Shown here: piece after piece, positions 1 through 9,875 of the stretch | Layout of the letters: every line of letters starts with the position of its first letter | Numbering within the stretch: the first letter of the stretch is position 1 | NCBI GenBank assembly: GCA_963719505.1 | Contig: CAVRCF010000001.1 | Span: 1,088,001 to 1,152,000 of the forward strand | Origin: Halobacteriovoraceae bacterium | GTDB taxonomy: Bacteria; Bdellovibrionota; Bacteriovoracia; Bacteriovoracales; Bacteriovoracaceae | DNA length: 64,000 nt | Direction: 5' to 3' | Made by a program: the position numbers and the translations under genes | The notes under the pieces: model-generated | Told to the model about the DNA's origin: nothing | Seen by the model: the letters and a program-made list of their open reading frames with translations, nothing else | Database searches by the model: none

Positions 1-485
1 AAACTTAAACTAATCGAATTATTGGTATAAACACTTGGTATCCATAAAGAGACTCTATGATTATTGAATGAACGTCCATATTGTCTTTGGCCTTGGCCAC
101 CACCATTGAATTTAAAGTTTATATTTTCATTGAGATTATCTTGATAAGTTAGTCCATATGAGAGAACCATATTTCTTGGAAGTCTATATCCAAGTTTAAA
201 TGATTGAAAAACTTGGGTTGATCCAGTTGCGTCGAGTCTTTCACCGTTATCTGTTGTACCACCATCGAATCTATTATAGGTAGCGCCATCCTGATACTTA
301 TTGGAAAGACTTCGTCCGACATACTGAACGAAGTAATTAAATGAAAAGTTCGATGCGACTTTTTTAAGAGTAGAAAAACTCTCATCTTTTTCCACTGTTG
401 AGTTAAGCAGAGAGATATTAACGTTTGCCGAGAGACTTAGTGAAAATAATACGGCAAAGAGAAATGTCATTTTTAAATTAAACAT
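1..485 (-). CDS. Exported, probable outer-membrane beta-barrel protein (3' end runs off the window; not in ORF track)
   Basis: ATG at 485 with GGAGG RBS at 490-494; frame open to the edge: MFNLKMTFLFAVLFSLSLSANVNIS...NFSFNYFVQYVG...FQSFKLGYRL...LSYGLTYQ; signal peptide and alternating aromatic strands. Confidence 0.75.
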   Translation of the reverse strand, partial: MFNLKMTFLFAVLFSLSLSANVNISLLNSTVEKDESFSTLKKVASNFSFNYFVQYVGRSLSNKYQDGATYNRFDGGTTDNGERLDATGSTQVFQSFKLGYRLPRNMVLSYGLTYQDNLNENINFKFNGGGQGQRQYGRSFNNHRVSLWIPSVYTNNSISLS

Positions 486-493
486 TTAGCCTC

Positions 494-2596
494 CTATATC
501 TGTTTCGTTGCTCTATCGTTTGTTCCCGCGACTTGAATCGTACTATTGAAAAGCTTATCTCTTTCAGACAAATAGTTTTTGGCATTATTGATAAGTCTTT
601 CTCTAAGTACTGCTTCTTCATCGTTTTTCATATTCTTTTGAAATTCTTTTTTAATACTAACGTACTCAATTGTTAACATATGCATCATCGCTTCAAGAAG
701 TTCATCGGTTTCACTGTTCGATGTTATAGCAGATGTCCCTTTATTATCTAAGTTAAATTTATAGGTCATGCTGTTTATATCTTCTCTTTTGGCAGAGTAG
801 ATAGACTGAAGGGTCCAAAGAGCATTTTTTATTGACCAGTTATACGTTTGCAGTGCAAAAGATGAAGCCTCTTGCTTTTTATTTTGTTGAAGAAAGAGAA
901 CTTCCCAGTGGTCTTTCATATAGCCACGAAAGCTATCTGTGTCAAAAAGATCATTAGAGGCAAAAAGTTTTGAATTACTTTTTAAGTTTTTCATCACACT
1001 TGCACGGCGCACTTTTGACTGACGGTAAAACTTTGCCAGCGCTTTAACTTTGTCGTGAGTTAGAGGAGTCTGAGAGAGATTTTTCTTCGACAGTTCAGTT
1101 GTAAGATCATCCATAAAAACGAATGCTCTACCAACATAGTAGTCTCTCTCTTTTTGTTCGTTTTGCTCATCTACAGACATATAAGGATGATCCAAGAAAA
1201 ACTGGGCCATTTTCTTCCAAATATAAACCTGCACTTCCTGTGTTCTCGTCACTTCTTTTTGAAGGAATGTTCTATATCTAATATCAAGATTCTTAAAGAA
1301 TTCTAAGTCCGATTTAACTTTACGAAGATATCTTTTCGTCTCTGCATAGGCGCTCTCTGCTGTTAAAGGAAAGTTAAACTGAGTTTCCATCTGTTCTAGG
1401 CGACCCATTCTTGCAGCAAAAACAAGATCGGACTCGTAGGCAATTTGCATCGCTTTGAAGTTTGTCATTCTTTGATCCCAAGAAATTTTCTCTAGGGGAA
1501 CAATCGAAGTAGACTTAGCCGAACTTACAGCTGATTGACCAGTTGATACTTGATCTTGAACTTTTTGCGTCTCGACAACTTCAGCTAATTTTTCCGTATT
1601 CTCATACGTAATTTCAGGTGTCGTCACACTTTCGACAGAATTAACAACTGAAAGGTAAGCATTTCGTACCTTTCCCACGGCCCACATTGCATGAGGGTTC
1701 ATCGGTTGGGTAATAAAATAAAATGTGAAAGGCCCGTATATAGCTAGGGCAACAGAGTATCCAAGATTTTCTTTAACTGTGCTAATAAACCAGAAAAACT
1801 TACCTAAGGTCCACTTATAGGTTAGCCCTTTAAGATTACTAAAAGGTCTCGCTTTAATTCTCGCTAGCTTGATAACGACATCTTTAGAGAGAATAGGAAG
1901 TGAATACTTTAGAGAGCTTAACTTATGAACTCTCTTTTTCGTCTCAATAATTTTCGATCTTACTTCCTTGAGAGAAGCGTAAATATTTTGGCGCTCAGTC
2001 CACGTTAAAACGGGGTCGGCTTCAATTCTATAGATTTCATTTTCTATGTTGACGACAGCATCATCCTTATTTCCTTTATCGATGGAAAGAGTCAGGTCAG
2101 GATCTTTGTAATATTTGTTTAAAAGTCCCTCAATAAGAACGATTCTTGCCGTCATGGAATTACCAGTTTTAGCTTTGTCGTACTCATTATTGATAATATT
2201 GTAGAGGTGATTGATAAAAGGGCTCAAAGGCTCCATATTGATAGAACTGTAATTAACCAGACCACAGTCTAGAGTTTTCGCTGAATAACTAAAGTTACCG
2301 TCAACGTCATAATAGTCATAGATTTCGTTGATCTCACCTTCAAGGTAGACGCGTTTATAGATAACATAGTTTCCAGATGTTAGTGAACCGATTTGTAATT
2401 GACCAATAAGAGTATCATCTACCCAATAATTGTGGCCCGAAAAACCGTTCGAATTATGAATGTCGAAAATCTGTAGATCACATAAATCCAGATCTCGTCC
2501 ACCTTTGATGGTTAATAGGTCGGCTAAGCGCTCATCCAGAGTCTTAGCCGACTTAATCACGAGGTCGGATATGTGAATATACGTTTGAGCACGCAT
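494..2596 (-). CDS. Hypothetical 700-aa protein with one central TM segment and a helical C-terminal region
   Basis: Long ORF with AAGGAA RBS; hydrophobic stretch LGYSVALAIYGPFTFYFIT; stop codon abuts the RBS of the next gene. Confidence 0.8.
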   Translation of the reverse strand: MRAQTYIHISDLVIKSAKTLDERLADLLTIKGGRDLDLCDLQIFDIHNSNGFSGHNYWVDDTLIGQLQIGSLTSGNYVIYKRVYLEGEINEIYDYYDVDGNFSYSAKTLDCGLVNYSSINMEPLSPFINHLYNIINNEYDKAKTGNSMTARIVLIEGLLNKYYKDPDLTLSIDKGNKDDAVVNIENEIYRIEADPVLTWTERQNIYASLKEVRSKIIETKKRVHKLSSLKYSLPILSKDVVIKLARIKARPFSNLKGLTYKWTLGKFFWFISTVKENLGYSVALAIYGPFTFYFITQPMNPHAMWAVGKVRNAYLSVVNSVESVTTPEITYENTEKLAEVVETQKVQDQVSTGQSAVSSAKSTSIVPLEKISWDQRMTNFKAMQIAYESDLVFAARMGRLEQMETQFNFPLTAESAYAETKRYLRKVKSDLEFFKNLDIRYRTFLQKEVTRTQEVQVYIWKKMAQFFLDHPYMSVDEQNEQKERDYYVGRAFVFMDDLTTELSKKNLSQTPLTHDKVKALAKFYRQSKVRRASVMKNLKSNSKLFASNDLFDTDSFRGYMKDHWEVLFLQQNKKQEASSFALQTYNWSIKNALWTLQSIYSAKREDINSMTYKFNLDNKGTSAITSNSETDELLEAMMHMLTIEYVSIKKEFQKNMKNDEEAVLRERLINNAKNYLSERDKLFNSTIQVAGTNDRATKQI

Positions 2597-2638
2597 AGTC
2601 TCATTTCCTTTTATTTATTACGGCTTTCGCCGAATTAG

Positions 2639-5600
2639 TTACTGTTGTGTTTGGTTATAACTTCCACCAACGTTGATTGTTGCAACAGTCGGTTTTAGTT
2701 TTAAATTTTCAAAGTCTCTTTCTGCTCTATGAAAACTAACACCATGATACTGATGAGTTGCTATGATTCTTAAAGCTTCCCAGTCAGCTGTTGCCGAGCG
2801 AACAGCTTTCATCACAAGTCCTCTGTATTCATTGATTTGCGATTTATTGGCTGCTGGCATTGCACTCATCACTGCGTCTAGATTTATCTCCAAGCCCAGT
2901 TCAGTTGCAAAAGTGATATTTTTTGCATTTTCCAAAGCCGGAATAACTTCCTGAAGAGCTTTAACTCTCGTTGCAGCAGCATTTGGCATCATGTAGCCAA
3001 AGAGAGATCCGTATTTATTTAGTTTTTTCTCCCAAGTGAGATCACCGCGCTTAAGAGACATTCTTAACTCTCTTATGACCATCGACTCTGGTGATTGACC
3101 AAGCTTATCAGCATAGCCGTAAAGAGGTTTTCTTTCCGCTTTCATATCGAAGTTTGAGTCAGCATCAAGAGTTCTTTTATTTGCTCCTAAAAAGTTTCCA
3201 TAATAGTTAAGAAACTTAGCCGCTGAGAGTCCACCATCTTTAAGGGCACGCTTTTCAGCGAGCATACTGTGCTTAATTTGCTGATAGTGCACAAGCTCAT
3301 GACCAGCTGTATAGATCATGGTGAACGGATCGAGCTCTGATCTTAGCCAAACATAAATATCACTGTTTGAATAAAGACCATGAGATGTTTTCTTTTTAGC
3401 AAAGCATTCACCAGCATGTTCTCTATGACAAAGCTTGTGGTTTCTTAGAGACTTAGAGTCTAAGATTGAGATTCTGTCTGGCTTCAATTCATTTGTGAAA
3501 ACATCAGAAACTGATATCTTTCTCTCTTTCGCAAAATTTTCAATATTAAATTTTGCGTATGGAGCGATATCCAAAAGTTCAATTAAATTCTCTTTTGATG
3601 TATAGCTCGAGTTTAAAAGATCTTGATATCTTGCAATCTTTGGATGCTTTTTAAAGTGTTCAGCTCTTTTCTTCGCCAGGTAGACCATCTTGTCTTTCTT
3701 TCCAAGAAGTCTTGCGTTTTGCTCTACTGAGATCCAGTCTTTTCTTGCAGCTTTCAACTCATCAGAGATATAGTCAGAATCTGTGAGAAGAGTTCCAGAG
3801 CGCATTTCACTTTGAGTGGCAATGGCGATCTTCTTATCGGTATCTCTTGAACCAAGGTAGAGAGTCTCATACTCTAGTTCATTAAAGTCTGTCTCTTTTC
3901 TAAAAACGTTTGCAAACTCAGCCGTCTTTGGAGACTTGCTTAGTCTTTGAATAGACCCCTCACATAATTGCTCAAGAAGGTCTGTAACCACTTTCTTAGA
4001 ACGATTTGATAAAATCGATTCAGGGAATTCTAACTTGGCAGACTTATCAATTGAACGAACGAGTTTGTTGAGTTCATTTCGAACATTTTTATCAGAAATA
4101 TTTAATTTTTTAATTTCAGCTTTAAGCTCCATGACCATGACGATGTCTAGCGCTCTTTGCTCTTCACTATAATAGGTTGAAGAAACGTCAGTGTTGAGAA
4201 TACTAATATTATCAATGATATCTCTCACGTTAACTTTAGACAGTCTAAGCTCATGTTTTTGAAGAAGGCTAACGATATCAGCCTGATATTTATTGATTTG
4301 AACGTAGTATTTCGCAACAGCCTTTTTATCAATTTTTGCTTCAAGAAGGTCGATGATTTTATAAACACTTTCAATAACTCTTGGGTTCAAATAAGATAAA
4401 ACTTCTTTAAGCTGAATTTTCATCCCAATAGAAAGCCCTAAAAGTTGATAAGCTGAAGTCGTCTCTTTCTCTAATAGAGTTGTCGCTTGTCTTAGCATTC
4501 TTCCAATTTGAACAAGAGAAGCTGCTACAAACACTGGTAGTTCATGTTTCATTTGTTTTGGAACTTTGGGCTTTGCCAATTCTCTTGGCGTCACAGAGTC
4601 TTTATTGTTTGTGTCGTCCACGATAACAAATGGAGCATAACCACCACCTGCTGATGTGTTGACGATTGAACTCATTGCTCCTCTTTCTTGGGGAGCATAT
4701 CTAACAAGTGCATTGTGAGAGATTCTTGGCTTCGCATTTTTTCCACCACCAAAGAAAACCCACATTCTTATATCTGCTGCTAAGTTTGCGAATCGGTATC
4801 CGTCTTTTCTTTCAACAGCGACTGGAATTCTACCAATCTTAACAAGTTGTTGGTAAGCATATTGACTTGGGTTCTTTTTAATCTCGGCCAGAATCTCTTT
4901 TTTTACCGTCTTTGAAAGAGTTTTTAAAATATAGATTCCTTGTCCACCTGCAGAGTCTGGTGCTTTGACAACCCACTCGTCAGGGTTGTTTGCAATAATC
5001 TCAGCTGACTTTCTCGTAGGAGGTAAAGTTTGTGGAGGAAGAATTTTTACACCTTTAGGATTCAGACCCGCACTTTCTATATCGTTTGCGAAAAACTTTG
5101 GAGCGTAGTGAGTTAGAGTTGCAAGGATAATTTTGTTATCCATAATTCTATTCAGACCACCCATATAAAGTCTTCTATTTAAAACAGCATCAATAGCACC
5201 TGGTACAGTATACGCAGACTGAAGTGGAACTGGTTTTCCATTTTCATCTTTTACGATTGAAGCTCTTCCATTTTTACCAATTTTTAAAGCATCTCTTAAA
5301 TAAATATTTTCACCCGAGTCTGGGTCTCTTAAGATAAGACCTTTTTCTGGATTAAAGAGGGCTGAGTCAGCGTTTACTCTTGAGTAGATAGCCGTGACGA
5401 TAGGATTGTTTTCACCAATAGTTCTTAGGCGAATATAACCGTCTTTATCTTGGTATAGTTGGTCGGGATCTGTATATAGAAGTCCTGAGTAAGCCGCGAG
5501 CTGATGAATCTCAGGTGCAGCACCATTTTGTCCTCCCGGTGGAAGAATAATTTGGACACCGTCAGTGATTCCAGTCCAAGATTCACCAAGAGATTTGTAG

Positions 5601-6370
5601 GTCTCTCCTAAAATCTTAAAGTGATCGTTTGGCATTACTTTTCCAAGAGAGTCTAAGATCTCTGGATTTTGCTTGTAAATTCCCTCAAGCATATTCATAT
5701 TGTTTGAAGCTCCTGAAGGGGAGCCAGCATTTATTTCTAGAATTCTAAACGGAAGTCCAGGAAGTTCATTGTCTTTATTCTTTGCGATGAGTTTTGGAAC
5801 GTCTGCAGTTTGCTGAAGATAATCTTCCACTAAGACTAAATCTAATCCCACGTTGTCCAAGAACGGATAGTCTTTCATATTTTTGTGATGAAGCTGTGGA
5901 TAATAAGACGATGAATCCTTGATGGACTCGATAAAGATCTTACGAACGGCTTCAGGAAGTGATTGAACGAAGGCCGAGCTCTCAAGAGACTCAGACCCAT
6001 AAATATCTTGTAATACTGATCTTAAAGAAATCATAAGTCTTTGAGCGGCTTCTTCAACATCGTTAAAAAGTGATTTTTGAACGGGAACAACAGTGGTTGT
6101 ACAAGGTACAACGAAGGTTTTATATCCTTTTGCGGTTTTTTTAGAGAAGGTTAAGTCTCTGTTTTTTAGAAACTTAGTGAGCTTTTTACTTTCTTGAAAA
6201 TGAGTGCTCACCTCATGATCTAAAATTCTTTTGGCCACTGGCTTGGCGTGTAGGTAGGCTGAGCGCAGCTTTTTAGCACTAAAAAGATAATTTGAGACTA
6301 CGACCTCGGCATTCCCAATGAAGCCTAAGTTTGGATTGTACTCTTTTCGACTTTTTTTCGTCTGTTTCAC
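2639..6370 (-). CDS. Circularly permuted ATP-grasp type 2 ligase fused to a degenerate alpha-E domain and a C-terminal HExxH metallopeptidase-like domain
   Basis: Motifs LQDIYG, GLDLV, ILEINAGSPSG, AIYSRV, VVKAPDSAGGQG, DIRMWV, IVNTSAGGG; then VAASLVQIGRMLRQA (alpha-E-like); then AGHELVH. Confidence 0.85.
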   Translation of the reverse strand: MKQTKKSRKEYNPNLGFIGNAEVVVSNYLFSAKKLRSAYLHAKPVAKRILDHEVSTHFQESKKLTKFLKNRDLTFSKKTAKGYKTFVVPCTTTVVPVQKSLFNDVEEAAQRLMISLRSVLQDIYGSESLESSAFVQSLPEAVRKIFIESIKDSSSYYPQLHHKNMKDYPFLDNVGLDLVLVEDYLQQTADVPKLIAKNKDNELPGLPFRILEINAGSPSGASNNMNMLEGIYKQNPEILDSLGKVMPNDHFKILGETYKSLGESWTGITDGVQIILPPGGQNGAAPEIHQLAAYSGLLYTDPDQLYQDKDGYIRLRTIGENNPIVTAIYSRVNADSALFNPEKGLILRDPDSGENIYLRDALKIGKNGRASIVKDENGKPVPLQSAYTVPGAIDAVLNRRLYMGGLNRIMDNKIILATLTHYAPKFFANDIESAGLNPKGVKILPPQTLPPTRKSAEIIANNPDEWVVKAPDSAGGQGIYILKTLSKTVKKEILAEIKKNPSQYAYQQLVKIGRIPVAVERKDGYRFANLAADIRMWVFFGGGKNAKPRISHNALVRYAPQERGAMSSIVNTSAGGGYAPFVIVDDTNNKDSVTPRELAKPKVPKQMKHELPVFVAASLVQIGRMLRQATTLLEKETTSAYQLLGLSIGMKIQLKEVLSYLNPRVIESVYKIIDLLEAKIDKKAVAKYYVQINKYQADIVSLLQKHELRLSKVNVRDIIDNISILNTDVSSTYYSEEQRALDIVMVMELKAEIKKLNISDKNVRNELNKLVRSIDKSAKLEFPESILSNRSKKVVTDLLEQLCEGSIQRLSKSPKTAEFANVFRKETDFNELEYETLYLGSRDTDKKIAIATQSEMRSGTLLTDSDYISDELKAARKDWISVEQNARLLGKKDKMVYLAKKRAEHFKKHPKIARYQDLLNSSYTSKENLIELLDIAPYAKFNIENFAKERKISVSDVFTNELKPDRISILDSKSLRNHKLCHREHAGECFAKKKTSHGLYSNSDIYVWLRSELDPFTMIYTAGHELVHYQQIKHSMLAEKRALKDGGLSAAKFLNYYGNFLGANKRTLDADSNFDMKAERKPLYGYADKLGQSPESMVIRELRMSLKRGDLTWEKKLNKYGSLFGYMMPNAAATRVKALQEVIPALENAKNITFATELGLEINLDAVMSAMPAANKSQINEYRGLVMKAVRSATADWEALRIIATHQYHGVSFHRAERDFENLKLKPTVATINVGGSYNQTQQ

Positions 6371-6601
6371 GTTTTCACCTCGGATTAATTAAGTCTTTGT
6401 TGAATCCTTCTACAAAATCTGACTATAATAGTATGATAACTATACACCTTGATGCTATGCGTTGCAAACACTTTTTACGCAATTCGGTAAAAACTGTCCA
6501 GATTAAGTTAATCTTTAAATTTATTGAATTTTCCTGTATTATTTACATACGTTAAATCCACATCCAAGTGGTTGTTATTATGTAGTTGAAATGGAGTTGC
6601 T

Positions 6602-7270
6602 ATGGTTGAAGTTAAATCAGTGTATGTTATTGGGAATGAGCAGCAAAATAGGGAGTCTATTGTAGATTCTTTATCGAAAGCGGGCTATCAAGTGCGAGGG
6701 TTTGAAAGCTCTCAAGATTATTACAAGAATAAGGATGATAACTTTCATGGGTTATACATCATCGACTGGAGTCTTCCAGACGAACCTGGAATAGAGATTG
6801 TCTCTAACATCAGAAAAAAAGACGGAATTTCACCAATTTTTATGCTTTCTAAGTTTACGGAAAATCAGGATGTTCTAGAGGGTCTAACTCGTGGAGCTGA
6901 CGATTACATAAAGAAACCGTATTTTCTTGATGAAATAATTCAAAAGGCAAAAAATAGTTTGAAAAGACTCTCTTTGATTAATGCAGGTGAGGAATCAGAT
7001 GGAAAAATTCGACTTCTGCCTGAAGCAAGCTCATTTTTGAAGAATAATTTTACCATCTCTTTAACTAAACGAGAGTATATTATTTTTAGTTATCTTTACG
7101 AAAAGTTAGAAAAGCCTGTGTCTCGAGAGGAACTAATATCTCAATTTTCTGAAGAGAAAATGACTGACAGAAATATTGACGTGCATATCTTTTCTCTTAG
7201 GAAGAAGATAAAGCCAGCAAGTATTTTAGTTGAGACTGTTTGGGGCATGGGCTACAAGCTCAAAATCTAG
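6602..7270 (+). CDS. OmpR-family response regulator (orphan)
   Basis: IIDWSLP receiver, GADDYIKKP, winged helix RNIDVHIFSLRKK..TVWGMGY. Confidence 0.92.
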   Translation: MVEVKSVYVIGNEQQNRESIVDSLSKAGYQVRGFESSQDYYKNKDDNFHGLYIIDWSLPDEPGIEIVSNIRKKDGISPIFMLSKFTENQDVLEGLTRGADDYIKKPYFLDEIIQKAKNSLKRLSLINAGEESDGKIRLLPEASSFLKNNFTISLTKREYIIFSYLYEKLEKPVSREELISQFSEEKMTDRNIDVHIFSLRKKIKPASILVETVWGMGYKLKI

Positions 7271-8529
7271 AAATACATTCTAAATTCAACCTCATATCTA
7301 TCTACTTTGGCCGTGTTAGTTCCCTCTAGCATGGTCTGGTAAATAAATTTTACTGCCGCAGGTAGAACGAACTTCTTTTGCTGGTAAAGGCCTACCGTTG
7401 TGAATTCACTCGTAAGTCTTACATTATGGGTCTCTGAACCAGTGCTTGCTGCTAGGTAGTTCTCTGAGTAAGAGTAGTCTGTATTTCTCGCTGTGTACTG
7501 TGCTTCATCAATTGACTCATACTCGTAAGCTGCATTAAAGAGAATCCAGTCGTTAACATAGTAATCTGTTGAGAGATGAAAAAGACTCTTATTTCCCAGC
7601 TTCTCTTTGTAGCTTTGCTTCTCATCTCCAAAGTTTACATCAGCGCTGTAAGGAACACGGAGACTCTTATCTGTAGCAAACTGATAAGTATAGCGATAGA
7701 AAGAATTGAAAACAAATTTACTTGATAGGTGGTAGCTTCCTCCAAACTCAGTAAAGATGTCCCATTGTCCGTCACCAAAATTGATATCTTGAATAATATC
7801 TGGATCGTCTGTTCTCCCCGTAGGAGCAACTGTTCCACCACTTAAAAGTAAGCCGTATTTATTTGTCGTTAGAAAGTTGTACATAATTCCAAGCTCAACA
7901 TCTCCAAGCCCTTCACCTTGCCAGTCACCAACTTCATCGTAGCCAAGCCCGTTGACAACTAAGCTTTGAAGAAATCCACTATCGACATCTAATTTATCTG
8001 AGTATTGATCTACAAATGTTCCGATGGCTTGGGCAAAATCGTCATTGGTATTGTCTTGAAGATTATTCGCTATAGTGTCGTAACTATTAGACTTGGTTCT
8101 TTTGTAGTTCATTTTTACATTGGCTTTATAGATCGGCATAATCATATAGGCTGTCACTTTATTAGTAACACCGTAAGCAAATCCATACCCATCAACTTCA
8201 ACATCAGCTTTAGCGTCGATTTTGTACTCACCAAGATTTAGGTTCTCGTATGCCTTTGGGTAGGGCTTCAGAAGGGCGAGAGCGGTCTGAATTGTCTCAT
8301 TTTCGATGGACTCAAGAAAATCTACATTGGCTTCAATTTGATAGGATAATGGGGATTCGTTACTCGTTTTATTATAAGTTGAATCGACTTGGGATTTTAC
8401 ATTTCTGTAAACTCCAAGCCTTACACCCTTAGGTAAAGTCTTGTAATACTGAGCGAATGCCATGTTTGATAAAAATAGGGCTCCTAAAAAAATTAATGAT
8501 TTTTTGTTTTTCACTTTCCATCTCTCCAA
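7267..8529 (-). CDS. Outer-membrane beta-barrel protein (true start probably GTG at 8514)
   Basis: Signal peptide ..AFA; GLGDVELG and PTG motifs seen in MetA/phenol-degradation-type barrels; C-terminal YF. Confidence 0.7.
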   Translation of the reverse strand: MERWKVKNKKSLIFLGALFLSNMAFAQYYKTLPKGVRLGVYRNVKSQVDSTYNKTSNESPLSYQIEANVDFLESIENETIQTALALLKPYPKAYENLNLGEYKIDAKADVEVDGYGFAYGVTNKVTAYMIMPIYKANVKMNYKRTKSNSYDTIANNLQDNTNDDFAQAIGTFVDQYSDKLDVDSGFLQSLVVNGLGYDEVGDWQGEGLGDVELGIMYNFLTTNKYGLLLSGGTVAPTGRTDDPDIIQDINFGDGQWDIFTEFGGSYHLSSKFVFNSFYRYTYQFATDKSLRVPYSADVNFGDEKQSYKEKLGNKSLFHLSTDYYVNDWILFNAAYEYESIDEAQYTARNTDYSYSENYLAASTGSETHNVRLTSEFTTVGLYQQKKFVLPAAVKFIYQTMLEGTNTAKVDRYEVEFRMYF

Positions 8530-8711
8530 ATGTTTAATGTATTAACATTGTAGGGGCGAAAGAGAGTTTATTCACGGAAAAAATAACGCGTCGTGTAAAA
8601 CTAACATGCTGTCAATATTGTGGACAGTCAATGTAACTATGACACGCTGCAGCGTTATTCGTTTTGATTTTTCTCTAGATCCCCTATGATGGTGGTTCAA
8701 CCGGAGGGACA

Positions 8712-9875
8712 TTGAAATATTTATTATCCACACTTTTAATTTTATCTTTCTTAGTATCTTGCAAAGAAGACAGTAATATTAAGCCTTTAGCGAGTGCTCA
8801 AAAGCTCTCAGAACGATTTGACTCCAAATCCACGGGAAGTAAAATTGTGACTTTACCTATAAAGATTCCAATGACTCAAAATACTTTATCTAGGTACACT
8901 GCAGATGATATTCTTAATCCCGTTGATAATACTGAAATAGGAGACCTTCCCGAGTCTCAAGTTGGTTTTCTTAAAAGATTAAAAACAGCTTTTAAGTTAA
9001 AGCTCTATAATCTAGGTTTAAGGCTAGGGGTTCAAAACCGTTACCGTTTTTCAACCAACTACGATGGGTTCCCTGAAATTGATACAGACTATATCAAGTC
9101 AGTAAAAATAAAAAAATTATTTTTTGCTATCGAGCCCTGTGATCCTAATGATTCAACTTGTAAGGTCGCTGATGAGAATAGCCCTTCAACACTTTTTTTC
9201 TTAGAAAAGTTTTTCTTAAATATTTCGACGATTCAAAACCCTGAGGATTTGGCTTTTCTCGATATACCTCAGCCTGAGAGTTTAAGCTCAGAATCTTTTA
9301 AAGAGTATGTTAACAAAGCCTGGGGAAAACAGCCTACAGACTTTATGGACTATGTCAGCAAAGAGACTGGTGAAGTGAAGAATGAAGTTTTTTATGATTT
9401 GAATGTGGCAAAATTAGATAACAAAGAGAACAGAAAAAGACTAAGAGAGCTCAATCAAAGAAGAAATGTTAGAGACAGTGGAAAAAACTTTATCGCAAGA
9501 ATTGACTCTGAAAGTATTCTGGAGACAAAGAGCTTTTTTAAAAGAAAAGCCTTCAAGTCCTCTGTAAAAGATTTAACATTCTTAGGGAAAAGTCTTTTTA
9601 TCGAACTTCACTCAGAGAAGCAAAGAGATCTCTTTTTCAAAACAATAACGGAACAAGAAGAATCCATAAGAGATATCGGCGTTTATGAAATAGAGGGTTG
9701 TACGCTTTTGACGTGTACTGATGTTAAGGTTAACCCTATCAATCTTGTTCCCATGTTAAAAAAGTCGACAAATATTAAGTTTGATACTTACTTCTCTGTT
9801 AATAATCTTGATCCAAATGACTTTCGCTACAGTGGATATCTTGAAATTGAAGTGAAGTTGGAGTTACCTCTGTAA
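8712..9875 (+). CDS. Hypothetical lipoprotein
   Basis: TTG start after GGAGG; lipobox LVSC. Confidence 0.75.
   Translation: MKYLLSTLLILSFLVSCKEDSNIKPLASAQKLSERFDSKSTGSKIVTLPIKIPMTQNTLSRYTADDILNPVDNTEIGDLPESQVGFLKRLKTAFKLKLYNLGLRLGVQNRYRFSTNYDGFPEIDTDYIKSVKIKKLFFAIEPCDPNDSTCKVADENSPSTLFFLEKFFLNISTIQNPEDLAFLDIPQPESLSSESFKEYVNKAWGKQPTDFMDYVSKETGEVKNEVFYDLNVAKLDNKENRKRLRELNQRRNVRDSGKNFIARIDSESILETKSFFKRKAFKSSVKDLTFLGKSLFIELHSEKQRDLFFKTITEQEESIRDIGVYEIEGCTLLTCTDVKVNPINLVPMLKKSTNIKFDTYFSVNNLDPNDFRYSGYLEIEVKLELPL

Noticed and set aside
149-385. 78-aa ORF in the track
   Set aside because: Wrong frame; it lies inside the longer RBS-bearing ORF that starts at 485 and runs off the edge
2639-6370. Graspetide (microviridin-type) RiPP cluster
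   Set aside because: The enzyme is the circularly permuted type rather than RimK-like, and no precursor peptide with core repeats was seen nearby
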